A stretch of 64,000 nt of DNA from an uncultured Bacilli bacterium (GTDB taxonomy: Bacteria > Bacillota_I > Bacilli_A > RFN20 > CAG-288), in the NCBI GenBank assembly GCA_944371605.1, contig CALVXU010000015.1:9686-73685 (forward strand), given 5' to 3'. The position numbers and the translations under genes were made by a program. The notes under the pieces were generated by a model. The model saw only the letters and a list, made by a program, of their open reading frames with translations, had not been told where the DNA came from and searched no databases. Shown here one piece after another: positions 39,178-48,981 of the stretch. Within the stretch, counting starts at the first letter, position 1. Every line of letters begins with the position of its first letter.

Positions 39178-42100
39178 TTAGTTGTTCTCATCTTCGTCAT
39201 CATAACTATCTTCAGTTTCATAATGACTCTCTTCCTCTTCGATGAGAGGTTCTTCATCTAAATGAGCGTTTCTAGCTCTTTCCATCTCTAATTGTTCTTC
39301 GTGCTTTGTATCATAGTTAGCGATGTCGTGATGAATCTTGCGAGAGCTGCGCTCAGCTTCTTCGGCAATAGTGTTCATATTGATCTCTTGATTCTTATCA
39401 TCGAAGAGAGTGACATCGATAGCTAAGCCTTGTAATTCTTTGATCAAAACTCGAGTGGATTCTGGCATATTTGGCTTGGGTATCGGATTGCCCTTTAAGA
39501 TAGCTTCATAGGTTTGGTTACGTCCGACCATATCATCAGATTTGATGGTGAGCATCTCTTGTAAAGTATGAGCAGCGCCATAAGCTTCTAAGGCCCAAAC
39601 TTCCATTTCACCGAATCTCTGACCACCATTTTGAGCTTTTCCACCCAAAGGTTGTTGAGTGACTAAAGAATAAGGACCGATAGCACGGGCATGTAATTTA
39701 TCTTCGACCATGTGATCGAGTTTAATCATATACATGACACCGACAGCGATACGAGAATCGAATCTTTCACCGGTCTGACCATCATATAAAACAGTCTTAC
39801 CATCCGCATCGATGTGAGCTTTATCCATGAATTGAGCAATCTCTTCATTGGTAGCACCATCAAAGACCGGAGTGGATACTTTGATACCTAACTTTTGGCA
39901 AGCCAAACCTAATTGGACTTCCAAAACTTGACCGATATTCATACGTGATGGGACACCCATCGGAGAGAGAAGAATATCAATCGGTGTGCCATCTGGCATA
40001 TATGGCATATCTTCAACAGGTAAAATCTTAGATATGACGCCTTTGTTACCATGACGACCAGACATCTTATCACCGATTTGAATCTTTCTCTTTTGAACGA
40101 CGTACACTTTGATGCTCTCTAAAACATCAGGTGGTAATTCATCACCTTTAGAACGGCTGAAAGTCTTGACATCTAAGACGATACCTTCACCACCATGAGG
40201 AACTCTCAAAGAAGAATCTTTATCTTCATCGCTCTTAGAAGAGAAGATAGATTTGAGCAAATGATCATTGTTGGTTTCAGTGACTTCACCTTTAGGAGTG
40301 ACTTTGCCGACTAAGATATCGCCTTCTTTGACTTCAGCGCCAGGGATGACGACACCGCGTTCATCTAAATAGGCTTTTCTTTCCTCAGAAAGATTGGGGA
40401 CATCACGAGTGAATTCTTCATCACCGAGTTTAGTCTTTCTTCTATCGACTGAATATTCTTCGATGATGATATTAGTGAACAAATCTTTAGAAACGCATCT
40501 TTCAGAAATCAAAATAGCGTCTTCATAGTTATAACCATGCCAAGTGGTGAAAGCGATGAGAACATTTTGCCCTAAAGCGAGTTCACCATTTTCCATCGAA
40601 GGACCATCGGCGATGATCGCATCTCTCTTAACATGTTCTCCGACTTTGACAATCGGAGTTTGATTGATGCAAGTTCTCTTATTAGAACGGATATATTTTC
40701 TTAAATTATAAGTGTGTTCTTGATTATCATCGTCATGCTTGAGAATGATCTTTTTAGAATCGACATAAGTGACGATACCATCAGCAACAGCTAATAAAGC
40801 ATCGCCTGAATCGTGAGCGATCTTGTCTTCTAAACCGGTTCCGACATAAGGAGCATGAGGAGATAATAATGGCAAAGCTTGTCTTTGCATGTTAGATCCC
40901 ATCAAAGCTCTCTTACCATCATCATTTTCAAGGAACGGAATACAAGCAGCAGCGATAGAAACGATCTGTTTTGGTGATGCATCGATCAAATCGATCTCAT
41001 CTCTTTTAGCAGTGATATATTCACCGTTTTGACGAGCTGAAACAATCTCATCAAGAATCTCACCATCGTGACTGATATTTAAAGCAGCTTGAGCGATGAT
41101 GTGATTTCTCTCGCCATCAGCTGTGAGCCATTGGACATGTTCAGGATTATTGTCGATGATATGTTTGTGAACAGGACGATAAGGAGTCTCGATAAATCCG
41201 TATTCATTGATACGAGCATAGCAGGCTAAATTGCTGATAAGACCGATGTTTTGACCTTCAGGAGTCTCGATAGGACAGATACGTCCATAGTGAGTAGGAT
41301 GAACGTCACGAACAGCTGAAGAAGCTCTATCTCTAGTGAGACCGCCTCTTCCTAAAGCGGAAAGACGACGCTTATTTGTCAGCTCAGCTAAAGGATTAGT
41401 CTGATCCATAAATTGAGCTAAAGAATCAGAGTTGAAGAATTGGTTCACAGCGCTCGTCAAGGATTTGATATTGATCAAAGAAGGGATGGTCAGCTGAGTG
41501 AGATCAGATGTAGACATACGATCATGAATGGTTCTCTTCATCTTAGCTAAACCGACTCTGAACTTGTCTTGAATGAGTTCACCGACGCAACGAACACGTT
41601 TGTTGCCTAAATGATCAGTATCATCAACTTCACCGATACCATCAGTGAGATTTAACATATATGAAAGAGAAGCGACGATATCAGGGATGGTGATATAAGT
41701 CTCGGTGATATTTAAATCAGTTCCGATGATATGGATGATTTTATCTGACCCATTCGGATCTTTAACTTTAACAATATTTACTTTGTTATGAGTGTCCAAT
41801 TGAGTGTTGCAAGACAGATAGATAGTATGGGTGTCATTATCCTCGAAGAAATGTTCATTTTTGAGTTTGAGAACATCATCGATAGAGAGACGATGTCCCT
41901 CGGGATAGACCACTTCTCCATCTTTGCTGATCAAATCTTCAGCTAATATTTGATATGGTAAACGATTATAAATGCCTAATTTTTCATGAATCTTAAAACG
42001 TCCTGCTCTAGCTAAATCATAATGTTCATTTTCAAAGAAACGTTGCTTGAGCAAGTTAGTAGCCGAATCGATAGTATATGGTTCTCCAGGACGAAGCTTA

Positions 42101-42963
42101 GTGAAGATTTCACCGATAGCTTTAGACGAACGTCTAGAAGCAGTAAATCTAGTATCGATAGGTGTCTTTTCAATCGCTTTGTTCAAGAAATCATTGTCAC
42201 CAAAAAGACCTTTGATGCCAGTCACACTAGCGACATTACCATCTTCATCAAATGCGACTTGATCTTCTAGCTCTTCGCCATCAGAAACAAGACCGATAGC
42301 GCGGAGAAGAGTGAGCGCAGAAACTTTCTTTTGTTTATCGATACGAACTGATAAGAAATCACGAGAATCAGTTAAAAACTCTAACCAGATACCGCGAGAA
42401 GGAATGATATCAGAGCCATAAACGATGGTGCTATCATTCTTCAAATCATTATCGGTTTTCTTTAAAACAGCTTCATCAATTTTTTTGGAGACATAAGCAC
42501 CAGGCGAACGGACTAATTGAGAAGCGATGCATTTTTCAGATCCGTTGACGATGAAAGTTCCTGATGGAGTCATCCAAGGAAAATCACCCATAAAAATCTT
42601 ATCTTCGATGATTGTTCCATCTGGATGCTTTAATAAAAGTTTGACATGTAATGGTGCGCAATAAGTCAAAGCTGATACTTTGCACTCAAAATAATCATGC
42701 TTCGGTTTGCCCCATTCACAAGAGACATAGTCCAATTCAGCGACTTGATCAGTGTCGATCAAATGTGCGCGGGAGTCCTTATTACTAAAGACTGGGAATA
42801 CGTCTTTAAAGACTTCATTGACACCTTCTTCAACAAACCACTTGAAAGACTTTAATTGAATATCACAAAGATTAGGAAGTGGAACAGAAGAAAAGGTTTT
42901 AGAAAGGTCAATACGACCATTCTCAGTAAGTTTGTATTGGCTCAAATCTAAAGTTTCGCCCAT
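39178..42963 (-). CDS. rpoB: DNA-directed RNA polymerase subunit beta
   Basis: 1261 aa with GRHGNKGVISKILPVEDMPY and FGEMEVWALEAYGAA, located immediately upstream of rpoC. The C-terminal tail is acidic (EEESHYETEDSYDDEDENN). Confidence 0.98.
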   Translation of the reverse strand: MGETLDLSQYKLTENGRIDLSKTFSSVPLPNLCDIQLKSFKWFVEEGVNEVFKDVFPVFSNKDSRAHLIDTDQVAELDYVSCEWGKPKHDYFECKVSALTYCAPLHVKLLLKHPDGTIIEDKIFMGDFPWMTPSGTFIVNGSEKCIASQLVRSPGAYVSKKIDEAVLKKTDNDLKNDSTIVYGSDIIPSRGIWLEFLTDSRDFLSVRIDKQKKVSALTLLRAIGLVSDGEELEDQVAFDEDGNVASVTGIKGLFGDNDFLNKAIEKTPIDTRFTASRRSSKAIGEIFTKLRPGEPYTIDSATNLLKQRFFENEHYDLARAGRFKIHEKLGIYNRLPYQILAEDLISKDGEVVYPEGHRLSIDDVLKLKNEHFFEDNDTHTIYLSCNTQLDTHNKVNIVKVKDPNGSDKIIHIIGTDLNITETYITIPDIVASLSYMLNLTDGIGEVDDTDHLGNKRVRCVGELIQDKFRVGLAKMKRTIHDRMSTSDLTQLTIPSLINIKSLTSAVNQFFNSDSLAQFMDQTNPLAELTNKRRLSALGRGGLTRDRASSAVRDVHPTHYGRICPIETPEGQNIGLISNLACYARINEYGFIETPYRPVHKHIIDNNPEHVQWLTADGERNHIIAQAALNISHDGEILDEIVSARQNGEYITAKRDEIDLIDASPKQIVSIAAACIPFLENDDGKRALMGSNMQRQALPLLSPHAPYVGTGLEDKIAHDSGDALLAVADGIVTYVDSKKIILKHDDDNQEHTYNLRKYIRSNKRTCINQTPIVKVGEHVKRDAIIADGPSMENGELALGQNVLIAFTTWHGYNYEDAILISERCVSKDLFTNIIIEEYSVDRRKTKLGDEEFTRDVPNLSEERKAYLDERGVVIPGAEVKEGDILVGKVTPKGEVTETNNDHLLKSIFSSKSDEDKDSSLRVPHGGEGIVLDVKTFSRSKGDELPPDVLESIKVYVVQKRKIQIGDKMSGRHGNKGVISKILPVEDMPYMPDGTPIDILLSPMGVPSRMNIGQVLEVQLGLACQKLGIKVSTPVFDGATNEEIAQFMDKAHIDADGKTVLYDGQTGERFDSRIAVGVMYMIKLDHMVEDKLHARAIGPYSLVTQQPLGGKAQNGGQRFGEMEVWALEAYGAAHTLQEMLTIKSDDMVGRNQTYEAILKGNPIPKPNMPESTRVLIKELQGLAIDVTLFDDKNQEINMNTIAEEAERSSRKIHHDIANYDTKHEEQLEMERARNAHLDEEPLIEEEESHYETEDSYDDEDENN

Positions 42964-43062
42964 ATTATTACCTCTGTCGTTTTCTTCCGCAAAAAGCGCG
43001 GACTTCTAGCGTTGTTTAAGGATTTAAATAAAGTTTTTATAAACTCCTTATAGACAACTAAT

Positions 43063-43089
43063 CCCACCCCATCAAAATGACAGGGTGGG
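43063..43089 (-). promoter_or_regulatory. GC-rich stem-loop in the rplL-rpoB intergenic region (possible attenuator or processing site)
   Basis: CCCACCC (43063-43069) pairs with GGGTGGG (43083-43089) around a 13-nt loop, and no T-run follows. Partial terminators or processing sites at this position are known in other bacteria. Confidence 0.35.
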
Positions 43090-43118
43090 TGATGAAATTC
43101 TAAAAAGCAATACTACGG

Positions 43119-43490
43119 TTATTTGATTTCGACTTCGGCGCCAGCAGCTTCAAGTTGCTTTTTGATGTCTTCAGCAGCGGCAGGAGAAATCTTCTCTTTG
43201 ATAGGAGCTGGAGCACCATCAACGATCTTCTTAGCATCCATTAAGCTTAAGCCAGTGATAGCGACGACAGCCTTGATGACAGGGATCTTAGCAGAACCGA
43301 AGGACTTGAGAATAACGGAGACTTCAGAAGGTCCTTCAGCAGCTTTAGCACCGCCAGCGGCAGGAGCAGCAACAGCGGCAGCAGCCTTGACACCAAATTC
43401 TTCTTCAATAGCATGGACAAGATCCATGATTTCAACTAAGTTCATCTCCTTAAGACCGGCGATGACATCTTCTTTAACGAGTTTAGCCAT
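43119..43490 (-). CDS. rplL: 50S ribosomal protein L7/L12
   Basis: MAKLVKEDVIAGLKEMNLVEIMDLVHAIEEEFGV, an Ala-rich hinge, and a C-terminal KIPVIKAVVAITGLSLMDAKKIVDGAP. Confidence 0.97.
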   Translation of the reverse strand: MAKLVKEDVIAGLKEMNLVEIMDLVHAIEEEFGVKAAAAVAAPAAGGAKAAEGPSEVSVILKSFGSAKIPVIKAVVAITGLSLMDAKKIVDGAPAPIKEKISPAAAEDIKKQLEAAGAEVEIK

Positions 43491-43532
43491 TTTAATTTTC
43501 CTCCAATTAATGGTATTTGACGACAGACGACA

Positions 43533-44024
43533 TTAAGCTGAGGCTTTTTCGCCAGCAGCCTTAAGGGTAAGAGCGAACATAACGAGTGGTGATTGTAATG
43601 TGGAAAGTAAGCTTGCAAGAGCGTTGCTCTTGGTTCCGATAGGAGCCAATTCAGCTAACTTAGCTTCATCGCAATAGCTTCCACCGATCATACCGCCTTT
43701 GATGACGAATTGCTTATGAGCTTCTTTGAAGTCATTGAGAACCTTTAAGCCAGCTCCTTCTTCAGCAGAAGTGACTAAAGCGCTAGGTCCTTTTAAGCAA
43801 GCGTCTAATTCAGAAAGGCCATCTTCATCGATAGCTTTCTTCATGAGTGCATTCTTTTGCACTGTGAGCTTAGCTCCAGCCTCTTTAAGGCTCTTGCGTA
43901 AGCTGTTGATCTCAGCGACAGGTAAGCCAGAGTAAGAAACGATGATAGCGGAATGAGAAGCCTTTAAAATCTCGTTGAGTTTGCTAACAGTTTCTTTCTT
44001 TTGGGCTAAGATCTGTTGATTCAT
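43533..44024 (-). CDS. rplJ: 50S ribosomal protein L10
   Basis: MNQQILAQKKETV...IVSYSGLPVAEINSLRKSLKEAGAKLTVQKNALMKKA. I moved the start to the ATG at 44024, preceded by AAAGGAGGTGA. Confidence 0.95.
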   Translation of the reverse strand: MNQQILAQKKETVSKLNEILKASHSAIIVSYSGLPVAEINSLRKSLKEAGAKLTVQKNALMKKAIDEDGLSELDACLKGPSALVTSAEEGAGLKVLNDFKEAHKQFVIKGGMIGGSYCDEAKLAELAPIGTKSNALASLLSTLQSPLVMFALTLKAAGEKASA

Positions 44025-44187
44025 GCTTTCACCTCCTTTTTTGTGAATAAGTATGGTGTATGTTAACAATATACGTTCAGATTACTTCATAACCTCGGTA
44101 ACAAATTGAGCTTGAAATTATATGTTATTAAGCAGTTACTGTCTTAGGTATATTGGAACACCTTAAATAGATAGGAAATAGATGGGA
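44025..44187 (-). promoter_or_regulatory. Candidate L10 (rplJ) autoregulatory leader
   Basis: A 163-nt untranslated gap between rplA and rplJ on the same strand. Firmicutes carry a structured L10 leader at this position. I did not verify the fold. Confidence 0.3.
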
Positions 44188-44871
44188 TTAAAGAGAAACT
44201 TTGATACCAGGACCATAAGTAGAAGCGATGGTGCAAGAGATGATGAAGGTACCTTTAACAGAAGCCGGACGGACTCTATTGACAGCTTCAATGATAGCTT
44301 TGAGGTTATCAGCTAAAGTTTTAGCATCAAAACTAGCTTTACCAAAATTGATAGCTAAATTGCCGTCTTTATCATTACGATAAGAAATCTTACCGTTTTT
44401 AATCTCTTTGATAGCAGAAGCGATATCAGGGGTGACTGTACCAGTCTTAGGGTTAGGCATCAAGCCTTTAGGACCTAAAACTCTACCCATTCTACCTAAT
44501 AATCCCATCATATTAGGGGTAGCGACAATCACATCGAAATCAAACCAGTTTTCTTTAGAGATTTTGTCGAGCATATCTTGTTGACCGACATAATCTGCTC
44601 CAGCGCTCTTAGCAGCTTCAACTTTATCAGTGATAGCTAAGATTCTCTTGGTTTTTCCATTTCCATGAGGGAGAACAATAGTTCCTCTTAATTGTTGATC
44701 AGCTTGTTTAGGATCGATATTGAGATTAAAACTGACATCGATAGATTCATCAAATTTAGCAGTGGCAGTCTTTTTAACTAATTCACAAGCTTCGTCAATA
44801 GAATATTTTTTAGTTTTATCAACTAGCTTTAAGCTAGCAGCGTATTTTTTTGCTAATTTCTTCATGGTCAT
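44188..44871 (-). CDS. rplA: 50S ribosomal protein L1
   Basis: LRGTIVLPHGNGKTKRILAI and GPKGLMPNPKTGTVT. The start may instead be the ATG at 44865 (MKKLAKKY), 8-9 nt after AAGGAGA. Confidence 0.96.
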   Translation of the reverse strand: MTMKKLAKKYAASLKLVDKTKKYSIDEACELVKKTATAKFDESIDVSFNLNIDPKQADQQLRGTIVLPHGNGKTKRILAITDKVEAAKSAGADYVGQQDMLDKISKENWFDFDVIVATPNMMGLLGRMGRVLGPKGLMPNPKTGTVTPDIASAIKEIKNGKISYRNDKDGNLAINFGKASFDAKTLADNLKAIIEAVNRVRPASVKGTFIISCTIASTYGPGIKVSL

Positions 44872-44879
44872 TCTCTCCT

Positions 44880-45311
44880 TTAGTCATCGATGGCGATGCC
44901 CATAGATTTAGCAGAACCTTCGATACATCTCATAGCAGCTTCAATTGAATCAACGTTAAGGTCTTTGAGCTTATATTCAGCGATCTTTCTGACTTCATCT
45001 CTCTTGACATGACCAACGATCTGCTTTGGAGTGCCTCCGTGATCAGGACCTTTACGACCTTTTTCAATACCAGCAGCCTTCAAAAGAAGATAAGTGACAG
45101 GAGTGGTTTTAAACTCCATATCAAAAGTGCGATCTTCATAAATGGTAAGAACGCATGGGACAATTTCGCCTTTGCGATCAGCAGTCTTCATGTTAAATTC
45201 TTGACAGAATTTACCGCCGATACCAAAAGGACCGAGTTTTTGTCCTAATTTCGCGGGGTTAGCACCTCCGCCTTCAGCTCTGATGATCAGAACTCTAGTG
45301 ACTTTTTTCAC
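44880..45311 (-). CDS. rplK: 50S ribosomal protein L11
   Basis: GTG start 8 nt after GGAGG. The product has FCQEFNMKTADRKGEIVPCVLTIYEDRTFDMEFKTTPVTYLLLKAAG. The gene lies upstream of rplA. Confidence 0.93.
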   Translation of the reverse strand: MKKVTRVLIIRAEGGGANPAKLGQKLGPFGIGGKFCQEFNMKTADRKGEIVPCVLTIYEDRTFDMEFKTTPVTYLLLKAAGIEKGRKGPDHGGTPKQIVGHVKRDEVRKIAEYKLKDLNVDSIEAAMRCIEGSAKSMGIAIDD

Positions 45312-45416
45312 GATGAATTCCTCCTTTATTGAATTCCGTGTGTGGTTTTACCAGTTGTCAAGGCTTCCCACATCTTGTTAGAGCATAAAAAATGCATAAT
45401 ATGCCTAACCTAAGAA

Positions 45417-45445
45417 ATTATAATGATAGGATGAATAAGTTGCAA
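45417..45445 (-). promoter_or_regulatory. Sigma-70 promoter of rplK-rplA
   Basis: The minus strand reads TTGCAA (45445-45440), a 17-nt spacer, then TATAAT (45422-45417). A leader of about 100 nt follows, containing GTGGGAAGCC...CCAC, a possible L1-binding mimic that I did not verify. Confidence 0.55.
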
Positions 45446-45462
45446 GGTTTTTTAAAACTTTC

Positions 45463-45491
45463 TTGAAAAACATATTATCTAGTGGTATATT
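45463..45491 (+). promoter_or_regulatory. Sigma-70 promoter of rplS (divergent from the rplK promoter)
   Basis: TTGAAA (45463-45468), a 17-nt spacer, then TGgTATATT (-10 at 45486-45491, with an extended TG). Confidence 0.55.
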
Positions 45492-45497
45492 AACCAA

Positions 45498-45586
45498 TGC
45501 TTTAAAAGCTTACCTGTGGTCCGCTAGGGGCGTCACTACCTATGAACATAGGGACAACACAATTATTTCCAAAGGAGAAAGCACTT
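45498..45586 (+). promoter_or_regulatory. Candidate L19 (rplS) leader
   Basis: About 90 nt of 5' UTR between the promoter and the AAAGGAGA SD, with local hairpins such as CCTATG-AA-CATAGG. An L19 leader is known in Bacilli. I did not verify the fold. Confidence 0.3.
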
Positions 45587-46057
45587 ATGAACAAAAACTT
45601 AGTTCAAGAGATCACTGCTACTCAGATCAGACACGACATCCCTGATTTCATCACTGGTGATACCATCAGAGTCATGGTCACCATCCGTGAAGGAAACAAA
45701 GAAAGACAACAAGCTTTTGAAGGCGTTGTCATCTCTACTAAAGGCAGTGGCTCAAATAAGACCTTCATCGTCAGAAAAGATTCTGCTGGTGTTGGCGTTG
45801 AAAGAAACTTCTTTGTCAACTCCCCCATCATCTCTTCTATCTCAGTCATCAAGCATGGTAAAGTCAGAAGAAAGAAGCTTTATTATTTAAGAGACAGAAA
45901 AGGTAAAGCTGCTCGTCTTGAAGAAATTATCCGCAAAGACAAAATCGCTGCTAATTTAGCTGCGACTAAGACCAATGCTGACAAGAAAAAAGCTGCCAAT
46001 AGAGAAAAAGCTAAAGCAGCAAAAGAAGCTAAGGCTGAAGAAGTCAAAGCTGACTAA
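45587..46057 (+). CDS. rplS: 50S ribosomal protein L19 with a Lys/Ala-rich C-terminal extension
   Basis: MNKNLVQEITATQIRHDIPDFITGDTIRVMVTIREGNKERQQAFEGVVIS. I moved the start to 45587, after AAAGGAGA. About 40 extra C-terminal residues are present (KKKAANREKAKAAKEAKAEEVKAD). Confidence 0.95.
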   Translation: MNKNLVQEITATQIRHDIPDFITGDTIRVMVTIREGNKERQQAFEGVVISTKGSGSNKTFIVRKDSAGVGVERNFFVNSPIISSISVIKHGKVRRKKLYYLRDRKGKAARLEEIIRKDKIAANLAATKTNADKKKAANREKAKAAKEAKAEEVKAD

Positions 46058-46107
46058 TAACTAAATCGTTTTCTTATTTATACTTGAATTTAAAAAAAGT
46101 GACAAAC

Positions 46108-46142
46108 TAAAGCTGAACCCTAAAAATGGTTCAGCTTTTTTT
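46108..46142 (+). terminator. Rho-independent terminator of rplS
   Basis: AGCTGAACC (46111-46119) pairs with GGTTCAGCT (46128-46136) and is followed by TTTTTT. Confidence 0.7.
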
Positions 46143-46164
46143 CATAATCTAATATCTGAGCAAT

Positions 46165-46192
46165 AAAAAACTGCTATCGACATCGATAGCAG
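46165..46192 (-). terminator. Rho-independent terminator of the lipoprotein cluster
   Basis: The minus strand reads CTGCTATCGA-TG-TCGATAGCAG followed by TTTTTTATTG, 28 nt 3' of the stop at 46220. Confidence 0.6.
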
Positions 46193-46219
46193 TTCTCAGT
46201 TCAATAAAATAGAATATTT

Positions 46220-47653
46220 TTAATCGAAGGTGGCCTCTGATATAGCTTCTAAAGCAAATTCAGGAATTTCAGTAGAATTTATATCAGAAAGAGTATAAGT
46301 TATGACAGTTTCACCAGTTCCGATGTCAGCGCCGACTTCAACTTTATCAATCGCCTTTTTATCTGATGTCAAATAAACTACGCAAGAAAGAGTAGAAGTG
46401 CTTAAAACATCAGAATGGACACCATCAAACCCATTGTCAAAATATTGACCGATCCAAGAAGTGATGCTCGGCTCGACTTCATAAGTCAAATCACCAGTTT
46501 TTCTAAAGAGAGCCGCAGATAATTGACCAAAGCTAGGCCCATTATCAATGAAAGAATCTTTGACTAATTGTTGAGTATCAGAAAGCATAGCCGGGACAAA
46601 ACCTAATTCGATCAAATCATACATAAATCCGTAATATTTTCCATCTCTAGGATTCTTCTTGGAGAGATAATCATAGTCATCTCCATCAGTGTAAAATTCA
46701 TTCGGATGTTTATCAGCTCTTTGATGGAAGAAAATAGCATCTTGAGTGAAATAACCGGTCGTATCGCTCGGCTCAAAGGCAGAAAATGAATCCCCAAACT
46801 GCTTTCTATAAGTAAAGGAAGTAGCATTATCTAAACATTTGAACGCTTCCGCCAATTCAGGATTGTCATTTTCAAACGGGGTCAAATGTTCGATTTTAGT
46901 CAGTTCACCAAAATCAGAATATGTGATTGTGACAGAGGTCTTACGAACGTAAGAACTCGTCTCATAATCTGGCATCACAAATTTGATTTCTTTAAGCGCA
47001 TCTTGTTCATCAGTAGTAATGATAGCGTCTGTAACCATATTGGTTCCGCTCAATGCATAAGACTCTAATAAGAATTCAGCCTTGTCACTACTCAAATGGA
47101 AATTGCCATCATCTCCGAGTGTCAAATCGCTCTCTTCGATATAGTCCCATGGATTAGAGAAATTATTAGCGAATGAGAGAGGAGTGTAAATAGCAGTGGT
47201 CTCATCATAATCAGAGGCATAAGCAGTAGTGACGGTATTATCTGGATTCATCGATTCAATCAAAGCTAAACCAGTGCCTTCTTCTTCAAAAACTCTCGAA
47301 GTTTGAACATTATATTCAGTGATAGTAGATTCGATGATTTCGCCAGTTTGGTTATCGACGTTAAAATGAGTAGAATAGCCGCTAGTAGAATATGCTCTTT
47401 CACCATTATCATAAGAATAAGCGAAATCTAAAGAGTGATCGATTCCTAATCCGACAGCACCAGTACTAGTATTTCTGGGATATGTTGTTCTATTAGTCTG
47501 TTCGACATGAGCACGATGATTGACATGTTTTACGCTAGCTAATAATCTGCTTTGAGCGGTTTGAGGTCCGCCAGAAGAATTAGCATTTTCATCACAAGAA
47601 ATTAAAGTTGAAGATAATAATAAAGGTATGATCAATACTATTTTTTTGTTCAT
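46220..47653 (-). CDS. Lipoprotein (paralog family with 47676-48968)
   Basis: MNKKIVLIIPLLLSSTLISCDEN has lipobox LISC. It shares the block F.NPW.YI...D......L....KA.FLLE.Y with the next gene. Confidence 0.7.
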   Translation of the reverse strand: MNKKIVLIIPLLLSSTLISCDENANSSGGPQTAQSRLLASVKHVNHRAHVEQTNRTTYPRNTSTGAVGLGIDHSLDFAYSYDNGERAYSTSGYSTHFNVDNQTGEIIESTITEYNVQTSRVFEEEGTGLALIESMNPDNTVTTAYASDYDETTAIYTPLSFANNFSNPWDYIEESDLTLGDDGNFHLSSDKAEFLLESYALSGTNMVTDAIITTDEQDALKEIKFVMPDYETSSYVRKTSVTITYSDFGELTKIEHLTPFENDNPELAEAFKCLDNATSFTYRKQFGDSFSAFEPSDTTGYFTQDAIFFHQRADKHPNEFYTDGDDYDYLSKKNPRDGKYYGFMYDLIELGFVPAMLSDTQQLVKDSFIDNGPSFGQLSAALFRKTGDLTYEVEPSITSWIGQYFDNGFDGVHSDVLSTSTLSCVVYLTSDKKAIDKVEVGADIGTGETVITYTLSDINSTEIPEFALEAISEATFD

Positions 47654-47675
47654 AAGCGCTCCTTTCTATAAGCTC

Positions 47676-48968
47676 TCAATATTCAACATAACTGGGTAAA
47701 ACAGTGCTTGTATAATCAGTGACAGAAACGGTTAAGGTAACCGGTGTGACTGAATAGTCATAAGTGCTAGATAAAGCAGTAACACGACCATCTTGCACCT
47801 TGACATAGCCTGATAAACCGATTGTGTCAAAGCCTTGTAAGACTGGAATCATAAGCTCACAAGCACCAGTGCCAACACTATCAGGAATCAATGAATAAAT
47901 TCCGTCGGAGACTTCACCAAATAAGGCAGTGTTGATTGAGCCGCTGAATACACCTGGCAAAAGAGCACTGATATCTTCTAAATAACCGCTGCGAGTCCAA
48001 CTATTTGTGGATTCATTATAAGTGAAAGCTGAATAACGAGCCATGGCTGTTTCATATCTGAGAAGCATATCACCAGTCGCAACAGACTTTTGTATACCAC
48101 TGTGAACAAACACATAATCATCAGTCGAATAGATTGTGAAAGGCACCGCTAAGGCAGATGAAGTCATGGTCATAGTGAAATTACTGCCTAAATTACCAAT
48201 AGCAGTCTCTAACTCTGGGTTAGAATTAGTGCTAGGAGATAAATGACGTAAATCAGTCTCACCATATTTATACGAAAGAGTCATGTCGATATGGGATGTG
48301 CTTTCGATAAAAGATCCATCAGATGAACCTTGTCCTCTGACTAAATCAGCTACTGTGATATCGATGCCAGTCGGTAATCCTTGTTCGTCAATAATTAGTC
48401 TCGCCTCAGCAACACCTCTTTCAATTCCAAAGTATGTCTCTAAAAGGAAAGAAGCCTTATGAGTATCTAATATCAAATCATCAGAAATATCATCAGCACT
48501 GATATAATTCCAAGGATTTCTAAAATATTTCGAATAAGCAATCGGCAAACCGACACCAGTATCTATAATCGTATGAGTTTCAACAGTATTATCAGCTTTT
48601 AATGTTTCATAATAGGCATAATTATCATCGCCTTTGTAATAAATAGTAGAAGAGGTATCATCAAAAAATCTGACAGCTTCCACATGTGAACCATCTTCCT
48701 CAACAATATAGCCATAGTCTCTTGTCACTTCATAGGTATCAGTCGAATTCAAATACTGCATATCTTGGCTATCATAAGTGATAGTTTCAGTATATGAGGC
48801 ATCGACTGTGACTAATCCTCTCAATGCTTCAATAATTGTTTCTTGGGAAGTGGTAGAAGCAGCAGCTTTAGAAGCAGCATAAACTGTTTGTGTGCTATCA
48901 GCACCATGGAACACCGATAAGCCTAATGCTACTAAGCTCAAAGAAATAAACGAATAATTCAATCTCAT
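47676..48968 (-). CDS. Secreted surface protein (paralog of 46220-47653)
   Basis: Signal peptide MRLNYSFISLSLVALGLSVFHG. The block YFRNPWNYISADDISDDLILDTHKASFLLETYFG parallels NFSNPWDYIEESDLTLGDDGNFHLSSDKAEFLLESYAL. I moved the start to the ATG at 48968, 8 nt after AAGGAGG. Confidence 0.65.
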   Translation of the reverse strand: MRLNYSFISLSLVALGLSVFHGADSTQTVYAASKAAASTTSQETIIEALRGLVTVDASYTETITYDSQDMQYLNSTDTYEVTRDYGYIVEEDGSHVEAVRFFDDTSSTIYYKGDDNYAYYETLKADNTVETHTIIDTGVGLPIAYSKYFRNPWNYISADDISDDLILDTHKASFLLETYFGIERGVAEARLIIDEQGLPTGIDITVADLVRGQGSSDGSFIESTSHIDMTLSYKYGETDLRHLSPSTNSNPELETAIGNLGSNFTMTMTSSALAVPFTIYSTDDYVFVHSGIQKSVATGDMLLRYETAMARYSAFTYNESTNSWTRSGYLEDISALLPGVFSGSINTALFGEVSDGIYSLIPDSVGTGACELMIPVLQGFDTIGLSGYVKVQDGRVTALSSTYDYSVTPVTLTVSVTDYTSTVLPSYVEY

Positions 48969-48981
48969 ATGTCGTTCCTCC

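Noticed and set aside
45463-45645. 60-aa ORF, and the N-terminally extended version of rplS starting at 45542
   Set aside because: The promoter (45463-45491) and the SD AAAGGAGA before the ATG at 45587 indicate that this region is a 5' UTR. L19 homologs start at MNK.L...
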